From: an uncultured Planctomycetota bacterium
GTDB taxonomy: Bacteria > Planctomycetota > Brocadiia > JAADGH01 > CAYPFP01
Direction: 5' to 3'
Assembly (NCBI GenBank): GCA_964409935.1
Contig: CAYPFP010000010.1
Coordinates: 376 to 64,375 of the forward strand
DNA length: 64,000 bases
The notes beneath the pieces were generated by a model. It had not been told where the DNA came from. It worked only from the letters and a program-made list of their open reading frames with translations, and searched no databases. Positions within the stretch are counted from its first letter, which is position 1; every line of letters starts with the position of its first letter. A program made the translations under genes and the position numbers. Of this stretch, positions 27,021-36,481 are shown piece after piece.

Positions 27021-28073
27021 CTATCCCTCCTGCGGCAGAAGTATCACCCCGATGCTCCTGTCGGGCCGGGCAATCAGTTCTTCGCACGCCTCCGCAGCGC
27101 GCGACAAAGGGAAGCGGTGCGTGATGAGCGACTTGACGTTCAGGCGGCCCCCGGCGATGAGGTCGAGACAAAGCTGGACGTTCCGCCGTGTGTTCCAGCG
27201 GACGAAGACGGGCGCATAGTCCTTGCCGTGCTCCCAGTCGGGGTCCAGGAAGCCGGGACCGGTGCGGGCCGCGCTGCGCAAATCAATGTTGCCCGCCGCG
27301 GCGGCGTACGACGCCTTGATCTCGCACCCGCCCACCACCACAACGCGCCCCATCTGGTGCGTGTCGGGCGACTTCATCATCATCTTCAGGACCATCTGAA
27401 ACGCAGCGGACCCGTCCCCTCCGAACGCCATGATCGCGGCGTCCAGACCGTTGCCTTGCGTGAAGTCGCGCACGGTCTGGACCGGGTCGCCCGCATCGGG
27501 GTTCACCACGAGGTCCGCGCCGTTCTTCTTCGCGATGTCCAGGCGCAGGGGAAGCTTGTCTATCCCGATGACGCGGCAGCCGCTGAGCGTCGCCAGTTGC
27601 GCCGCAATCTGGCCCACCACGCCCAGCCCCACCACCGCCGCGTATTCGCCGATCTGCAGCTCCGCGCGGCGCACGGCATGCAGCGAGGTCGCGGCGAGAT
27701 GGTTGAATGCCGCCTCCTCGAAGCTCATGGCGTCGGGGATCGGGAAACAAAGATTCTTCGGCGTCCACCCGTGCGTGCCGTGCGGGGCCGCGCCCTTGAT
27801 GCCCATGCACGCCACGCGCTGGCCGACCCGCAGGTTGTCGCATCCCGGGCCAAGCTCGATGACGACGCCCGCGTTCTGGTAGCCGAACTCGCTGACCGGC
27901 GCCGCCGGATTCGGCCTGAGCCGCCGGTTCTTCACCCCCCCCATCTCCGTCCCGGAACTGATGAGCGAGGCGCGAACCTCGACAAGCGCCTCGTTCGCGC
28001 CCGGCGGCCTCACGTCGCCTTCATGAACCGCAATGGCGCCGTCGCCCTTGATGACGGCGAATCTGCGTTTCAT
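27021..28073 (-). CDS. Medium-chain Zn-dependent dehydrogenase (MDR family)
   Basis: ..EALVEVRASLISSGTE.., Rossmann motif AAVVGLGVVGQ. The stop is 3 nt from the zwf start, so the two look like an operon. Confidence 0.88.
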   Translation of the reverse strand: MKRRFAVIKGDGAIAVHEGDVRPPGANEALVEVRASLISSGTEMGGVKNRRLRPNPAAPVSEFGYQNAGVVIELGPGCDNLRVGQRVACMGIKGAAPHGTHGWTPKNLCFPIPDAMSFEEAAFNHLAATSLHAVRRAELQIGEYAAVVGLGVVGQIAAQLATLSGCRVIGIDKLPLRLDIAKKNGADLVVNPDAGDPVQTVRDFTQGNGLDAAIMAFGGDGSAAFQMVLKMMMKSPDTHQMGRVVVVGGCEIKASYAAAAGNIDLRSAARTGPGFLDPDWEHGKDYAPVFVRWNTRRNVQLCLDLIAGGRLNVKSLITHRFPLSRAAEACEELIARPDRSIGVILLPQEG

Positions 28074-28183
28074 TGGTTTCTCCTGCGTGGACCGTCATCG
28101 TCCCGCCATCATGCTTGTGATCGGCCGTTGCCGTTTCGTTGCAGAATTCAGGGTTCAAGGTTCAGAAACCGGCAACAGCGGCC

Positions 28184-28987
28184 TCACGCCCAGCCTCCTA
28201 TCGAGCACCGGTTCTTGAAACGACACCAAGAACACCGCCAGCTCGGCGAAGGCTCAAAGCGCCCCGCCATGATTCCTCTATAGGCGCGGGCATATCGCCC
28301 GAGCAGGGCGGCCACGTCCCTGGGGCCTCGGTGCGTATGAAAGACCTGGTGCACCGGAACTTTCCGGCGGACCAGGTTGATGATCCGCACGTCTCTGGGA
28401 TATTGCCCCATCAACGCCTTGTGCCCAAGGCTGTAGATGGTCAGTTGACCGCTCTCGTCCACCTCGCGCTGCGACATGAGCCGCGAAGAGGTCTTGATGT
28501 CAATGATCGAGTCCCCTTCATTAATATCAATGACGCCGCCCACGTCAAAGGGATAGTCGTCAAGGACCGCCTTCCATTCGATCTCCACGCCCACCCCGCG
28601 CCGCGACCGCGTAGGCTCAATCGAGGGGGCAAACTCCCTGTGAAACAAGAGCGAAAGGCCCACCACGCTTTCCTCGACGTGAGCCACCGCCCGCTTCTTA
28701 CTGGGAAACGCCTCGCGCTCCCTCGCCGACAGAGAAAGCCCCTCCTTCTCATGGTAGCGGCACACCTTCTCAGCGCAAACCTTGCGTATGGCCTCCTCCG
28801 TCATCAGGACGTCGTGCGCAATCTTGTGCTTCAACTGCGCCTCGATGACCGCATGCGTATTGCTCCCCACCGACAGCGCAATACTCGGCGGCGCCGGCGC
28901 CGCCTCCTCAACGTAAGCCCACCAATATTGCTCCGGGCAGGATTCCCACGCGCTTACTTCCGACCAATACAGAATCTTCTTGGCCAC
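28184..28987 (-). CDS. PD-(D/E)XK nuclease, Cas4/RecB-like, with four-Cys (Fe-S type) signature
   Basis: I set the start at GTG 28987 (GGGAGG upstream). WESCPEQYWW (first Cys), GVIDINEGDSIIDIKTS (D..D/E-x-K), QLTIYSL (QxxxY), WRCSWCRFKNRC (C-terminal CX2CX5C). Confidence 0.75.
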   Translation of the reverse strand: MAKKILYWSEVSAWESCPEQYWWAYVEEAAPAPPSIALSVGSNTHAVIEAQLKHKIAHDVLMTEEAIRKVCAEKVCRYHEKEGLSLSAREREAFPSKKRAVAHVEESVVGLSLLFHREFAPSIEPTRSRRGVGVEIEWKAVLDDYPFDVGGVIDINEGDSIIDIKTSSRLMSQREVDESGQLTIYSLGHKALMGQYPRDVRIINLVRRKVPVHQVFHTHRGPRDVAALLGRYARAYRGIMAGRFEPSPSWRCSWCRFKNRCSIGGWA

Positions 28988-28990
28988 GCG

Positions 28991-29022
28991 CCCTCCCTTC
29001 TCCCTTGGTGCCAGGCACCAGG
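28991..29022. repeat. REP-like element, single arm
   Basis: ccctcccttctcccttggtgccaggcaccagg sits in the 46-bp gap between the RayT stop and the nuclease start. Confidence 0.7.
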
Positions 29023-29033
29023 AACTCCAGGAA

Positions 29034-29738
29034 CTACCGCCTCCCCCCACGCACGTGGCCCACACACATGATCCCCTCGTCCAGTTCTGTGTAGCGGACG
29101 GCCTTGCCTGCGCCCAAGCCGAACCTCTTCATCATCTGCCTGACAAAACGGGCTGTGCCTATGAAATACTCGTTCGCCAGCGAAACCGCCGGACGTGCGA
29201 CGTCTTCCCGCAGCAGGCGCGCATATTGCTCATAGCGCGAGGCCGGTTCGCTTCCCAAGCTCAGGTATGACGGATGGAAGTCCAATTCCGTCTGGTCTTC
29301 CGCGCGCAAGGCTCGGTGTCCGCACCACTTGTGGTCCAGTGGGGAAGACACCATCCCAGCGCGAACTGGGTTGAGATCAAGATAGGTCATGCACCTCAGA
29401 AAGTAGGTCTCTTCTTCGATGATGGTGCTTTGGAAGCGATTTTCCCACAGATGCCCATGCCGCCCCGAAAGCCTGTTGAACCTACGGCTGAAGGTGTGCG
29501 CAATCCAGTGCATGGCTCTTGACAGAGTATCTTCTTGCGGCACCGCAAACAGCAGGTGAACATGATTGGTCATCAAGCAGTAGTTGTACAGCGAAATCTT
29601 AAACCTTGGCCTAGCCTCTTGAAGGATGGTGCCGAACAACTGGAACGGAACGTCGCTGAAAAGGAACTCTCGATTGTTGCAACGCAATGTGGCATGGTGG
29701 ATTGCCCCCGCATACGAGAATCTCGGTAGTCTTGGCAT
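29034..29738 (-). CDS. REP-associated tyrosine transposase (RayT, IS200/IS605 Y1 HUH family)
   Basis: YCLMTNHVHLLF (HUH motif) and MTYLDLNPVRAGMV (catalytic Tyr helix). GGGAGG RBS. Confidence 0.88.
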   Translation of the reverse strand: MPRLPRFSYAGAIHHATLRCNNREFLFSDVPFQLFGTILQEARPRFKISLYNYCLMTNHVHLLFAVPQEDTLSRAMHWIAHTFSRRFNRLSGRHGHLWENRFQSTIIEEETYFLRCMTYLDLNPVRAGMVSSPLDHKWCGHRALRAEDQTELDFHPSYLSLGSEPASRYEQYARLLREDVARPAVSLANEYFIGTARFVRQMMKRFGLGAGKAVRYTELDEGIMCVGHVRGGRR

Positions 29739-29811
29739 AGCCCGCCTCCCGGTCAGCTTCTCAGGGCGCGAAACATCTTGACCGGACGCCCATTAGAATG
29801 TCAAGCCCTTT

Positions 29812-29869
29812 CCCCCTCCTTCTTTCTTGGTGCCAGGCACCACTGGTGCCTGGCACCAAGGGGGGAGGC
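29812..29869. repeat. REP-like perfect 17-bp inverted repeat (1-nt spacer) with extended GC-rich arms
   Basis: ccccctcc ttctttc CTTGGTGCCAGGCACCA c TGGTGCCTGGCACCAAG gggggagg. Confidence 0.85.
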
Positions 29870-29902
29870 AAGGGCAAGAAAGCCGGGAGGTCTAGTAGGG
29901 CC

Positions 29903-31120
29903 TCACCCCAGCGCTGCGCGCGCCACGCGTAAAACGTTCCCGCCGAGGATCTTCCGGATGTCCTCGTCGGAATAGCCGCGCTGCACCAGCCCGACGGTAA
30001 ACAGGGGCCAGTTGGTCCACGCCATGCTGTCGCGCTGCTGGGGCTGTTGCCATTTCTTGTCCCACATGGCGTCGTCGGCCGGCCAGAAGTTGTTCCAGCG
30101 CTTGCGCGAGGGGCCGCGCTTGGGAATCTTCGCCCACTCCGCCTTCTCGTTCCGGGAAACATACGCTACGTCGGTGCCGATGGCGACGTGATCCACGCCG
30201 AACTTCCTCGCGACGTAATCAATGTGATCGAGCATGGAGACGATGTCGCCGCTGCGTCCCAGAAAGGCGGGGATGCAGCAGATGCCGATGAAGCCGCCGG
30301 TGTCCGCGATGGCGCGGATGACCTCGTCGGGTTTGCAGCGGATGTGGACGTTCAGGGCGCAGCAGCCCGAATGGCTGGCAACCATGGGCTTGCCGGAGGC
30401 TTTGGCGGCCTCCAGGCTCGTCTGCCAGCCCGAATGCGCGACGTCCACGATGACGCCGACGCGGTTCATCTCGGCGATGACGGCGCGTCCGAAGTCGCTG
30501 AGGCCGGCGTTGGCGGGTTCGGCGCAGCCGTCGCCGATCATGTTGCGGCGGTTGTAGGTCATGTGCATCATGCGCACGCCGAGCTGGAAGAAGATCTTTA
30601 CGTACCGCAGTTCGTCCTCGATGCAGACCCAATGCTCCGTAAGGGGGACGCCGTTGGTGAGCATGCACAGGCAGTGACGGCCCTGTTTCTTCGCGGCCAG
30701 GACGTCGTCGGGCGCGGCGGCCTTCGAGACGAAATCGCGCATCATGTCGGTGACGTAGGTGAATCGCGCCAGACGCTTGATGATGCGCGACATGGACTGG
30801 CCTTCCTCGCCGGCGTTCTGGAAGATGCACGTGACGCCGGCGGCTTCCCAGGCCTCCATGTACTCCTCGCGCTCGCGGGCGTTGGAGACGTGGCGCGTCA
30901 TGTGCATGTCCTCCGTGAGGTCTTGCAGTTCCAGCTCCGAGGCGCCGGCCTCGACGGCGGCCTTCATGACGTCGCCGTCCAGGGCGGCGTTGGGCGAGAA
31001 GCCGTACGCCTCGCAGACGACGGAGTTCTTGTGCAGTTCGAGGCCGTGCTCCAGGTCCTTGGGGCTGGGCTTCAGGATGCTCAGCCCCGTGTCGCGTGCT
31101 TGCTGAATCTTCTCGTTCAT
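29903..31120 (-). CDS. Membrane-dipeptidase (M19) family protein
   Basis: IVDVAHSGWQTS and PMVASHSGCCAL match the M19 His-ligand regions. The N-terminal motif reads LHKN rather than H-x-D. Confidence 0.75.
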   Translation of the reverse strand: MNEKIQQARDTGLSILKPSPKDLEHGLELHKNSVVCEAYGFSPNAALDGDVMKAAVEAGASELELQDLTEDMHMTRHVSNAREREEYMEAWEAAGVTCIFQNAGEEGQSMSRIIKRLARFTYVTDMMRDFVSKAAAPDDVLAAKKQGRHCLCMLTNGVPLTEHWVCIEDELRYVKIFFQLGVRMMHMTYNRRNMIGDGCAEPANAGLSDFGRAVIAEMNRVGVIVDVAHSGWQTSLEAAKASGKPMVASHSGCCALNVHIRCKPDEVIRAIADTGGFIGICCIPAFLGRSGDIVSMLDHIDYVARKFGVDHVAIGTDVAYVSRNEKAEWAKIPKRGPSRKRWNNFWPADDAMWDKKWQQPQQRDSMAWTNWPLFTVGLVQRGYSDEDIRKILGGNVLRVARAALG

Positions 31121-31251
31121 GGTGCTCTCTCCGCGGTACTGTGCTGGGATTTGTCCGTAGCGCCGCCGCTCGGCGCGAGCGCCGAATCCACACGCCTGGA
31201 CATGCTATCACGCTCGTCTCATGTGCGCAACAGGAAGCGAACCCTGAAACC

Positions 31252-32697
31252 TTACGTCTCGATGATCATCGGTCCGAACGGCGCGGCGCGAAGGCCGGGG
31301 TAGTGGGAGTTGAGGAGTTTGTGGTCTTTGGTGTCGCGCAGGATCGTCCATATCCTGGCCATCATGTCGCGGACTTTGCCCTGGTGCGCGGGGTCGGAGG
31401 CGAGGTTGCGCATCTCGAAGGGATCGGCGTCGAGGTTGTAGAGTTCGTCGTAGTCGAATCCGTTGAGGACGAACTTCCAGGGGCCGTCCCAGAGGATGCG
31501 CTGGGTGAGGTTGTAGCGGCCGCCGTTGTATTCGGCAAAGCCGGTCTGAAAATGGCGGTCTTGTTCGCGGGGATTGCTCAGCACGGGCGCAAAGGACCGC
31601 GAATCGGGCACGGCGAAGGCGGGCAGGCCGGCAAGCTCCAGGATCGTCTGGCACAGGTCGTGAAGGCCGACGCGCGCCTCGCTTGCGGCCCCGCGCGCGA
31701 TGCCGGGCCCTCTCATGACGAGCGGGACGTTGTACACCTCTTCGAAGGCCGAGTAGTTCTTGCAGTACAGGCCGTGCGCGCCCAGCAGGTCGCCGTGGTC
31801 GGCGGTGAGGATGACTACGGTGTTCTCCAGTTGTCCGAGCCTTTCCAGCAGGTCGAGGATGCGCCCGAACTGGGCGTCTATCTCGGTGATGCAGGCGTAG
31901 TAACAGGCGGCGGCCTCGCGTTTTTGGCGGTCGGTCATGTCGGACCAGGTGACGCCGATCTTGCGGTACACGGCGGGGCGGCCTGCCAGGTTGTCGTGCA
32001 CGTTGGGCGGAAGCTTGATCGCGTCCACGTCGTATTGGGCGAAGGCGTCTTGCCCGGCGATGTAGGGGTCGTGCGGTTCGTTGACGCTGGCGAAGCAGCA
32101 CCAGGGCTGCGAACCCCGCGCGGCGGTGTCAAGAAACTCCAGGGCGAGTCCGGTCGTGAGGCCCATGCCCCGCGTCTCGGGTGTCTGGTCGGTGACGCCG
32201 TAGAACACGCTGTTTCTGTACCCGGGCGGGCGCTCCACGGTCTTGGACAGCGAGTAGCGGTGCGATGTCTTCGCGCCGCTCGCCGTCTTGGCGCGATGTT
32301 CTCTCCAGAGCGGGCCTGCGGAGCCGCCGTCGGTCTGCCACCCGAAGGACCGAAGGTTTTCCGTGCGTTCGACGTGCCACTTGCCGAAGTAGCCGGTGCG
32401 GTAACCGGCCTCGGCAAGTTTCTGCGCCCAATGGGGAAACTGCGTGCGCAGGCAGCACTGGTCGTCGTCCACGCAGTGGGTGACCTCCAGCACGCCGTGG
32501 TTGTGGGGCAGAAGGCCGGTCATGAGGCTGGCGCGCGCCGGCGAGCAGATGGCGTTTGGGGTGTATGCGCGTCGGAAGCGCAGGCCGGTCGCCGCGAGTC
32601 GGTCGAAATTCGGCGTGCGGCACGGATGGTCCGCCTCCAGCACGCGGGCCTGCATCTGGTCGGTCATCAGGAAGAGTATGTTGGGTTGTCTGGCCAT
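31252..32697 (-). CDS. Cys-type sulfatase
   Basis: PNILFLMTDQ and the CSPARASLMTG signature (C-x-P-x-R). I prefer ATG 32697 (GGGAGAAAG upstream). ATG 32739 and the track start 32964 have no RBS. Confidence 0.9.
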   Translation of the reverse strand: MARQPNILFLMTDQMQARVLEADHPCRTPNFDRLAATGLRFRRAYTPNAICSPARASLMTGLLPHNHGVLEVTHCVDDDQCCLRTQFPHWAQKLAEAGYRTGYFGKWHVERTENLRSFGWQTDGGSAGPLWREHRAKTASGAKTSHRYSLSKTVERPPGYRNSVFYGVTDQTPETRGMGLTTGLALEFLDTAARGSQPWCCFASVNEPHDPYIAGQDAFAQYDVDAIKLPPNVHDNLAGRPAVYRKIGVTWSDMTDRQKREAAACYYACITEIDAQFGRILDLLERLGQLENTVVILTADHGDLLGAHGLYCKNYSAFEEVYNVPLVMRGPGIARGAASEARVGLHDLCQTILELAGLPAFAVPDSRSFAPVLSNPREQDRHFQTGFAEYNGGRYNLTQRILWDGPWKFVLNGFDYDELYNLDADPFEMRNLASDPAHQGKVRDMMARIWTILRDTKDHKLLNSHYPGLRAAPFGPMIIET

Positions 32698-32796
32698 CGG
32701 GGGCGCTTTCTCCCGGAAAGCAGAAATCTTCTCCTTCATAACTTGACAGCAGCCGTTGATCTTATAACAAATTTCCGGCCCGCGCCCGACAAGTTT

Positions 32797-32825
32797 TTGA
32801 CAAGACCGGCGGTGGCGAGTACAAT
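32797..32825 (+). promoter_or_regulatory. Candidate sigma70-type promoter for dnaE
   Basis: TTGACA - 17 nt - TACAAT, about 130 nt upstream of the dnaE ATG. The palindrome gccccgtc-t-gacggggc (32838..32854) follows. Confidence 0.45.
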
Positions 32826-32953
32826 GCCCAACCACAAGCCCCGTCTGACGGGGCAAGCGGTTGTTGTTGGTACCTCTCTGTGGCACGTCATCCGGTGCGA
32901 GAGACATTCTTTCCGCAAGGGCTGTTCGCCGCGGAGGTAGCAAGGGGACAGGC

Positions 32954-35900
32954 ATGCACAACAAGGCGAAATTTATTCACTTGCACGTCCATAGCCACTA
33001 CAGCCTGCTCGACGGCGCGTGCAAAATCCCGGATCTGCTGGCCGCGGCCAAGAAGCACGGCATGGGCGCGCTGGCCCTGACCGACCACGGCAATCTCTTC
33101 GGCGCGATTGAGTTCTACCGGAGCGCCCTGGCGGACGGCGTGAAGCCCGTCATCGGCTACGAGGCTTATGTGGCCCCCGGCAGCCGCCTCGAGAAGGATA
33201 GCAAGGGCATCAAGGAGGCGGCCTACCACCTGACCCTGCTGGCCCGCAACGAACAGGGATACAGGAATCTGATCCGCCTCGCCACGACCGCCTACCTCGA
33301 CGGCTTCTACTATAGGCCGCGCATTGACAAGAAGGTGCTGGCCGAAAACGCGGGGGACCTGGTGGCGCTGAGCGGCTGCCTGAAGTCCGAGATCAGTTGT
33401 CTGCTGGGCCGCGAGGCCTACGACGAGGCCAAGGCCGTGGCCGCCGCCTACAGCGACATGTTCGGCAAGGGTCGCTTCTACCTCGAACTCCAGGACAACA
33501 AGATCCCTGAGCAGAAGCCGGTGCTTGAAGGTACGGTAAGGCTCAGCAAGGAATTGGGCATCCCGATGGTGGCCACGAACGATATCCACTACCTGGGTCC
33601 CGACGACGCCGATGCCCACGAGGTCCTGCTGTGCATCAACACCGGCAAGACCCTCGGCGACTCGAAGCGTCTGCAGTTCGGGTCGCGCGAGTTCTATTTC
33701 AAGTCGCCGGAGGAGATGGCCGTCGTCTTCCGCGACCATCCCGACGCCCTCGCCAACAGCCTGAAGATCGCCGAGATGTGCAACCTGGAAATGTCTTTCA
33801 AGGACAGGCATTTCCCGAAGTTCACGCCGCCCAAAGGGGTGACGCCCGAACAGCTTCTGCGCAAGCTCTGCGACGAGGGCGTTCGCCGCGCCTATCCCAA
33901 GGTCCCCAGGGAGGTCCGCGAGCGTCTGGACACCGAGCTGAAGATCATCCACGAGATGGGTTACACCAGTTACTTCCTCATCGTGTGGGACTTCGTGAAA
34001 TTCGCCCATGACAACCACATTCCCTCGTGGCTTCGCGGTTCGGGCGCGAGCAGTCTGGCGGCCTTTGCGCTGCAGCTTACCGACGTTGACCCGATGAAGC
34101 ACGACCTGCTCTTCAGGCGCTTCCTGGACCCCGAGCGCCGCGAGCCTCCCGACATTGACATTGACCTGTGCGAACTCGGCCGCGAGCGCGTCATCAACTA
34201 CGTCAAGGACAAGTACGGCCACGACAGCACGGCGCAGATCATCACGTTCGGCACCATGGCCGCCCGCGCCGTTGTGCGCGACGTCGGGCGCGTGCTGGGC
34301 ATGCCCCTTCCCGACGTGGACGCCATCGCCAAGAAGATCCCCGGCGTTCCCGGCACGACGCTCAAAGAGGCGCTCGAGACCGAACCCGAACTCCGGCAGC
34401 AGTACGAGCAGAACCCCCAAATCCGGCAACTCTTCGACATATCGAGGAAGCTCGAAGGTCTGGCGCGCCACGCCTCCACCCACGCCGCCGGCATGGTCAT
34501 CGCCGACCGCCCGCTCACCGATTACCTGCCGCTGTACAAGGCCAGCGAAAGCCCCATCGTCATGACGCAGTTCGCCATGGAAGACCTGGAGGCCATCGGG
34601 ATGTTGAAGATGGACTTCCTGGGCGTGCGCACCCTCACGGCGGTGGACCTGGCCTGCAAGCTCATCGAGCAGCGCACGGGCAAGCGGCCCGATTTCGCCC
34701 AAATCGGCACGGACGACAAGGCGACCTACGATCTCATGGGCCGCGGCGAGACCAAGGGCGTCTTCCAGCTCGGCTCGTCGGGCATCCGCGAACTCCTGGC
34801 GCGTCTCAAGCCGGGAAACATCGAAGACGTGATCGCCGTCGTGGCTCTCTACCGTCCCGGCCCTCTGCAGTCGGGTCTGGTCGAGAGCTTCGTCGAGCGC
34901 AAGCACGGCCGTTCGAAGGCACAGTACCCGAACTCCAAAATGGAGCCTATCCTGTCGCCGACCTACGGCGTGATCGTCTACCAGGAACAGATCATGCGCA
35001 TCCTCAACGAGATGGGCAACCTCTCGATGGGCGACGCCTACAAACTCATCAAGGCGATCGGCAAGAAAAAGGCCGACGTCATCGCCGACAGGCGCCAGGC
35101 CTTCCTCGTCGGATGCAAGGCCAACGGCATATCCGAAGGCGTCGCCGAGGAGGTCTTCGGACAGATCGAATACTTCGGCGGCTACGGCTTCAACAAGTCC
35201 CACGCCACCGCCTACGCCTACGTCTCCTACCAGACCGCCTGGCTCAAGGCCCATTACCCCACCGAGTTCATGACGGCCCTCCTGACGGCCGAAATGGCTT
35301 ACTCCGACAAGGTCGTCGGCCACATCGAGGAATGCCGCAGGATGGGGGTCGAGATCGTCCCGCCCTCGATCAACGAGAGCCAGTCGGAATTCACGGTGGT
35401 CGCCGACAAAAAAATCCGGTTCGGCCTCGGCGCCATAAAGAATGTGGGCGACAAGGCCATCGAGAGCGTCCTGAGCGCCCGAGCCAAGGCCGGCGCCTTC
35501 GAGTCCATCTTCCACTTCTGCGAACACGTGGACCTGCGGGCCGTCAACCGCATCGCCGTCGAGGCCTTCATCAAGGCGGGGGCCATGGACGGCCTGAAGG
35601 CCAGGCGTTCGCAGATGATGGCCGTTCTGGACAAGGCCATGCAGGAGGGCGGCCAGGCCCAGTCGGACCGCAAGCGCGGCCAGAAGACCTTCTTCGACTT
35701 CTTCGAGGCCCAGCACGCCTTTCGCGAAGACGCCCACGCGCTGCCCGACATGGACGAATGGCCCGAGAACCAGCTCCTGGCCGGCGAGCGCGAGTCCCTC
35801 GGCTTCTACGTCAGCCGCCATCCGCTGGCGCGATACGTGGACGAAATTCGGCGCTTCTCCACTTGCGCGGTGGCCGGCCTCAAGGACCTGACCGGCGGGC

Positions 35901-36481
35901 AGGGCGTGACGCTGGGCGGCATGATCGTCAGCGTGAAGCCCGGCGTCACCAAGAACGGCGACCACATGGCCCGCTTCACCTTTGAGGACATGACGGGCAT
36001 GTGCCAGGCCGTCATCTTCCGCGAGTACGCCCAATACAAAGACCTCGTGCAGCAGGACCGCATCGTCTACCTGCTTGGCCGCGCCGACCTGCGCATGGAA
36101 GAGCCGTGCATCACCGTGGACGAGGTCATCCCCATCGAAGGAGCCAGTGAGAAATTGACCCAGAGCGTCACCATACGTCTCAGGTGTCCGGGCGTCGAGG
36201 AGAAGACGCTGGAGGACCTCAAGAACATCCTTCAGGCCCACCCCGGACCGTGCCCCGTCCTCATGCAGATCACGACGGCCAAGAACCAGGTCGTATTCCT
36301 GCGCGTCGGGCAGCGGCTGGGCGTCAAGCCCACGGCCAAGTTCGCGTCGGAGGTCGAAGCGCTGCTCGGCGAAGGACACATCACGTTCAAGGCCGGCAAC
36401 GGAAACGGCAACGGCGGCGGGCGCGAGAGGCATAACCGTTTTGCGAGGAGGAACCGCTTTGCCCCGCGCAATGGTGCTTGA
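32954..36481 (+). CDS. dnaE: DNA polymerase III alpha subunit
   Basis: PHP-domain opening FIHLHVHSHYSLLDGA and a length of 1175 aa. Diagnostic internal motifs include FNKSHATAYAYVSYQTAWLKAHYP. Confidence 0.95.
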   Translation: MHNKAKFIHLHVHSHYSLLDGACKIPDLLAAAKKHGMGALALTDHGNLFGAIEFYRSALADGVKPVIGYEAYVAPGSRLEKDSKGIKEAAYHLTLLARNEQGYRNLIRLATTAYLDGFYYRPRIDKKVLAENAGDLVALSGCLKSEISCLLGREAYDEAKAVAAAYSDMFGKGRFYLELQDNKIPEQKPVLEGTVRLSKELGIPMVATNDIHYLGPDDADAHEVLLCINTGKTLGDSKRLQFGSREFYFKSPEEMAVVFRDHPDALANSLKIAEMCNLEMSFKDRHFPKFTPPKGVTPEQLLRKLCDEGVRRAYPKVPREVRERLDTELKIIHEMGYTSYFLIVWDFVKFAHDNHIPSWLRGSGASSLAAFALQLTDVDPMKHDLLFRRFLDPERREPPDIDIDLCELGRERVINYVKDKYGHDSTAQIITFGTMAARAVVRDVGRVLGMPLPDVDAIAKKIPGVPGTTLKEALETEPELRQQYEQNPQIRQLFDISRKLEGLARHASTHAAGMVIADRPLTDYLPLYKASESPIVMTQFAMEDLEAIGMLKMDFLGVRTLTAVDLACKLIEQRTGKRPDFAQIGTDDKATYDLMGRGETKGVFQLGSSGIRELLARLKPGNIEDVIAVVALYRPGPLQSGLVESFVERKHGRSKAQYPNSKMEPILSPTYGVIVYQEQIMRILNEMGNLSMGDAYKLIKAIGKKKADVIADRRQAFLVGCKANGISEGVAEEVFGQIEYFGGYGFNKSHATAYAYVSYQTAWLKAHYPTEFMTALLTAEMAYSDKVVGHIEECRRMGVEIVPPSINESQSEFTVVADKKIRFGLGAIKNVGDKAIESVLSARAKAGAFESIFHFCEHVDLRAVNRIAVEAFIKAGAMDGLKARRSQMMAVLDKAMQEGGQAQSDRKRGQKTFFDFFEAQHAFREDAHALPDMDEWPENQLLAGERESLGFYVSRHPLARYVDEIRRFSTCAVAGLKDLTGGQGVTLGGMIVSVKPGVTKNGDHMARFTFEDMTGMCQAVIFREYAQYKDLVQQDRIVYLLGRADLRMEEPCITVDEVIPIEGASEKLTQSVTIRLRCPGVEEKTLEDLKNILQAHPGPCPVLMQITTAKNQVVFLRVGQRLGVKPTAKFASEVEALLGEGHITFKAGNGNGNGGGRERHNRFARRNRFAPRNGA

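Larger units (their letters stand above)
28991..29869 (-). mobile_element. RayT/REP unit: tyrosine transposase gene bracketed by REP-like palindromes
   Basis: The 17-mer cttggtgccaggcacca lies at 29004..29020 and 29826..29842, and inverted at 29844..29860. Both forward copies are preceded by a CCCTCC(T)TCT pyrimidine tract. G+C is lower than in the flanks. Confidence 0.7.

Noticed and set aside
28095-28165. Imperfect inverted repeat (ccgttgccgtttc ... gaaaccggcaacagcgg) with an internal ggttca repeat, between the nuclease gene and the dehydrogenase gene
   Set aside because: The loop is about 30 nt, the stem is mismatched and there is no T tract, so it is weak as a terminator. It is not similar to the REP 17-mer. 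I left it unannotated.
25491-28283. 930-aa plus-strand ORF
   Set aside because: Antisense to zwf and the MDR dehydrogenase, both identified unambiguously by motifs.
32739-32964. N-terminal extensions given by the ORF track for the sulfatase (and similarly for dnaE 32861, the FGE-adjacent gene 45490, MBL 38400 and the lyase 3719)
   Set aside because: The extensions are R/C/P-rich, lack an RBS, overlap divergent promoters or neighbouring genes, and precede the point where family-typical N-termini begin. Internal starts with Shine-Dalgarno support were chosen instead.
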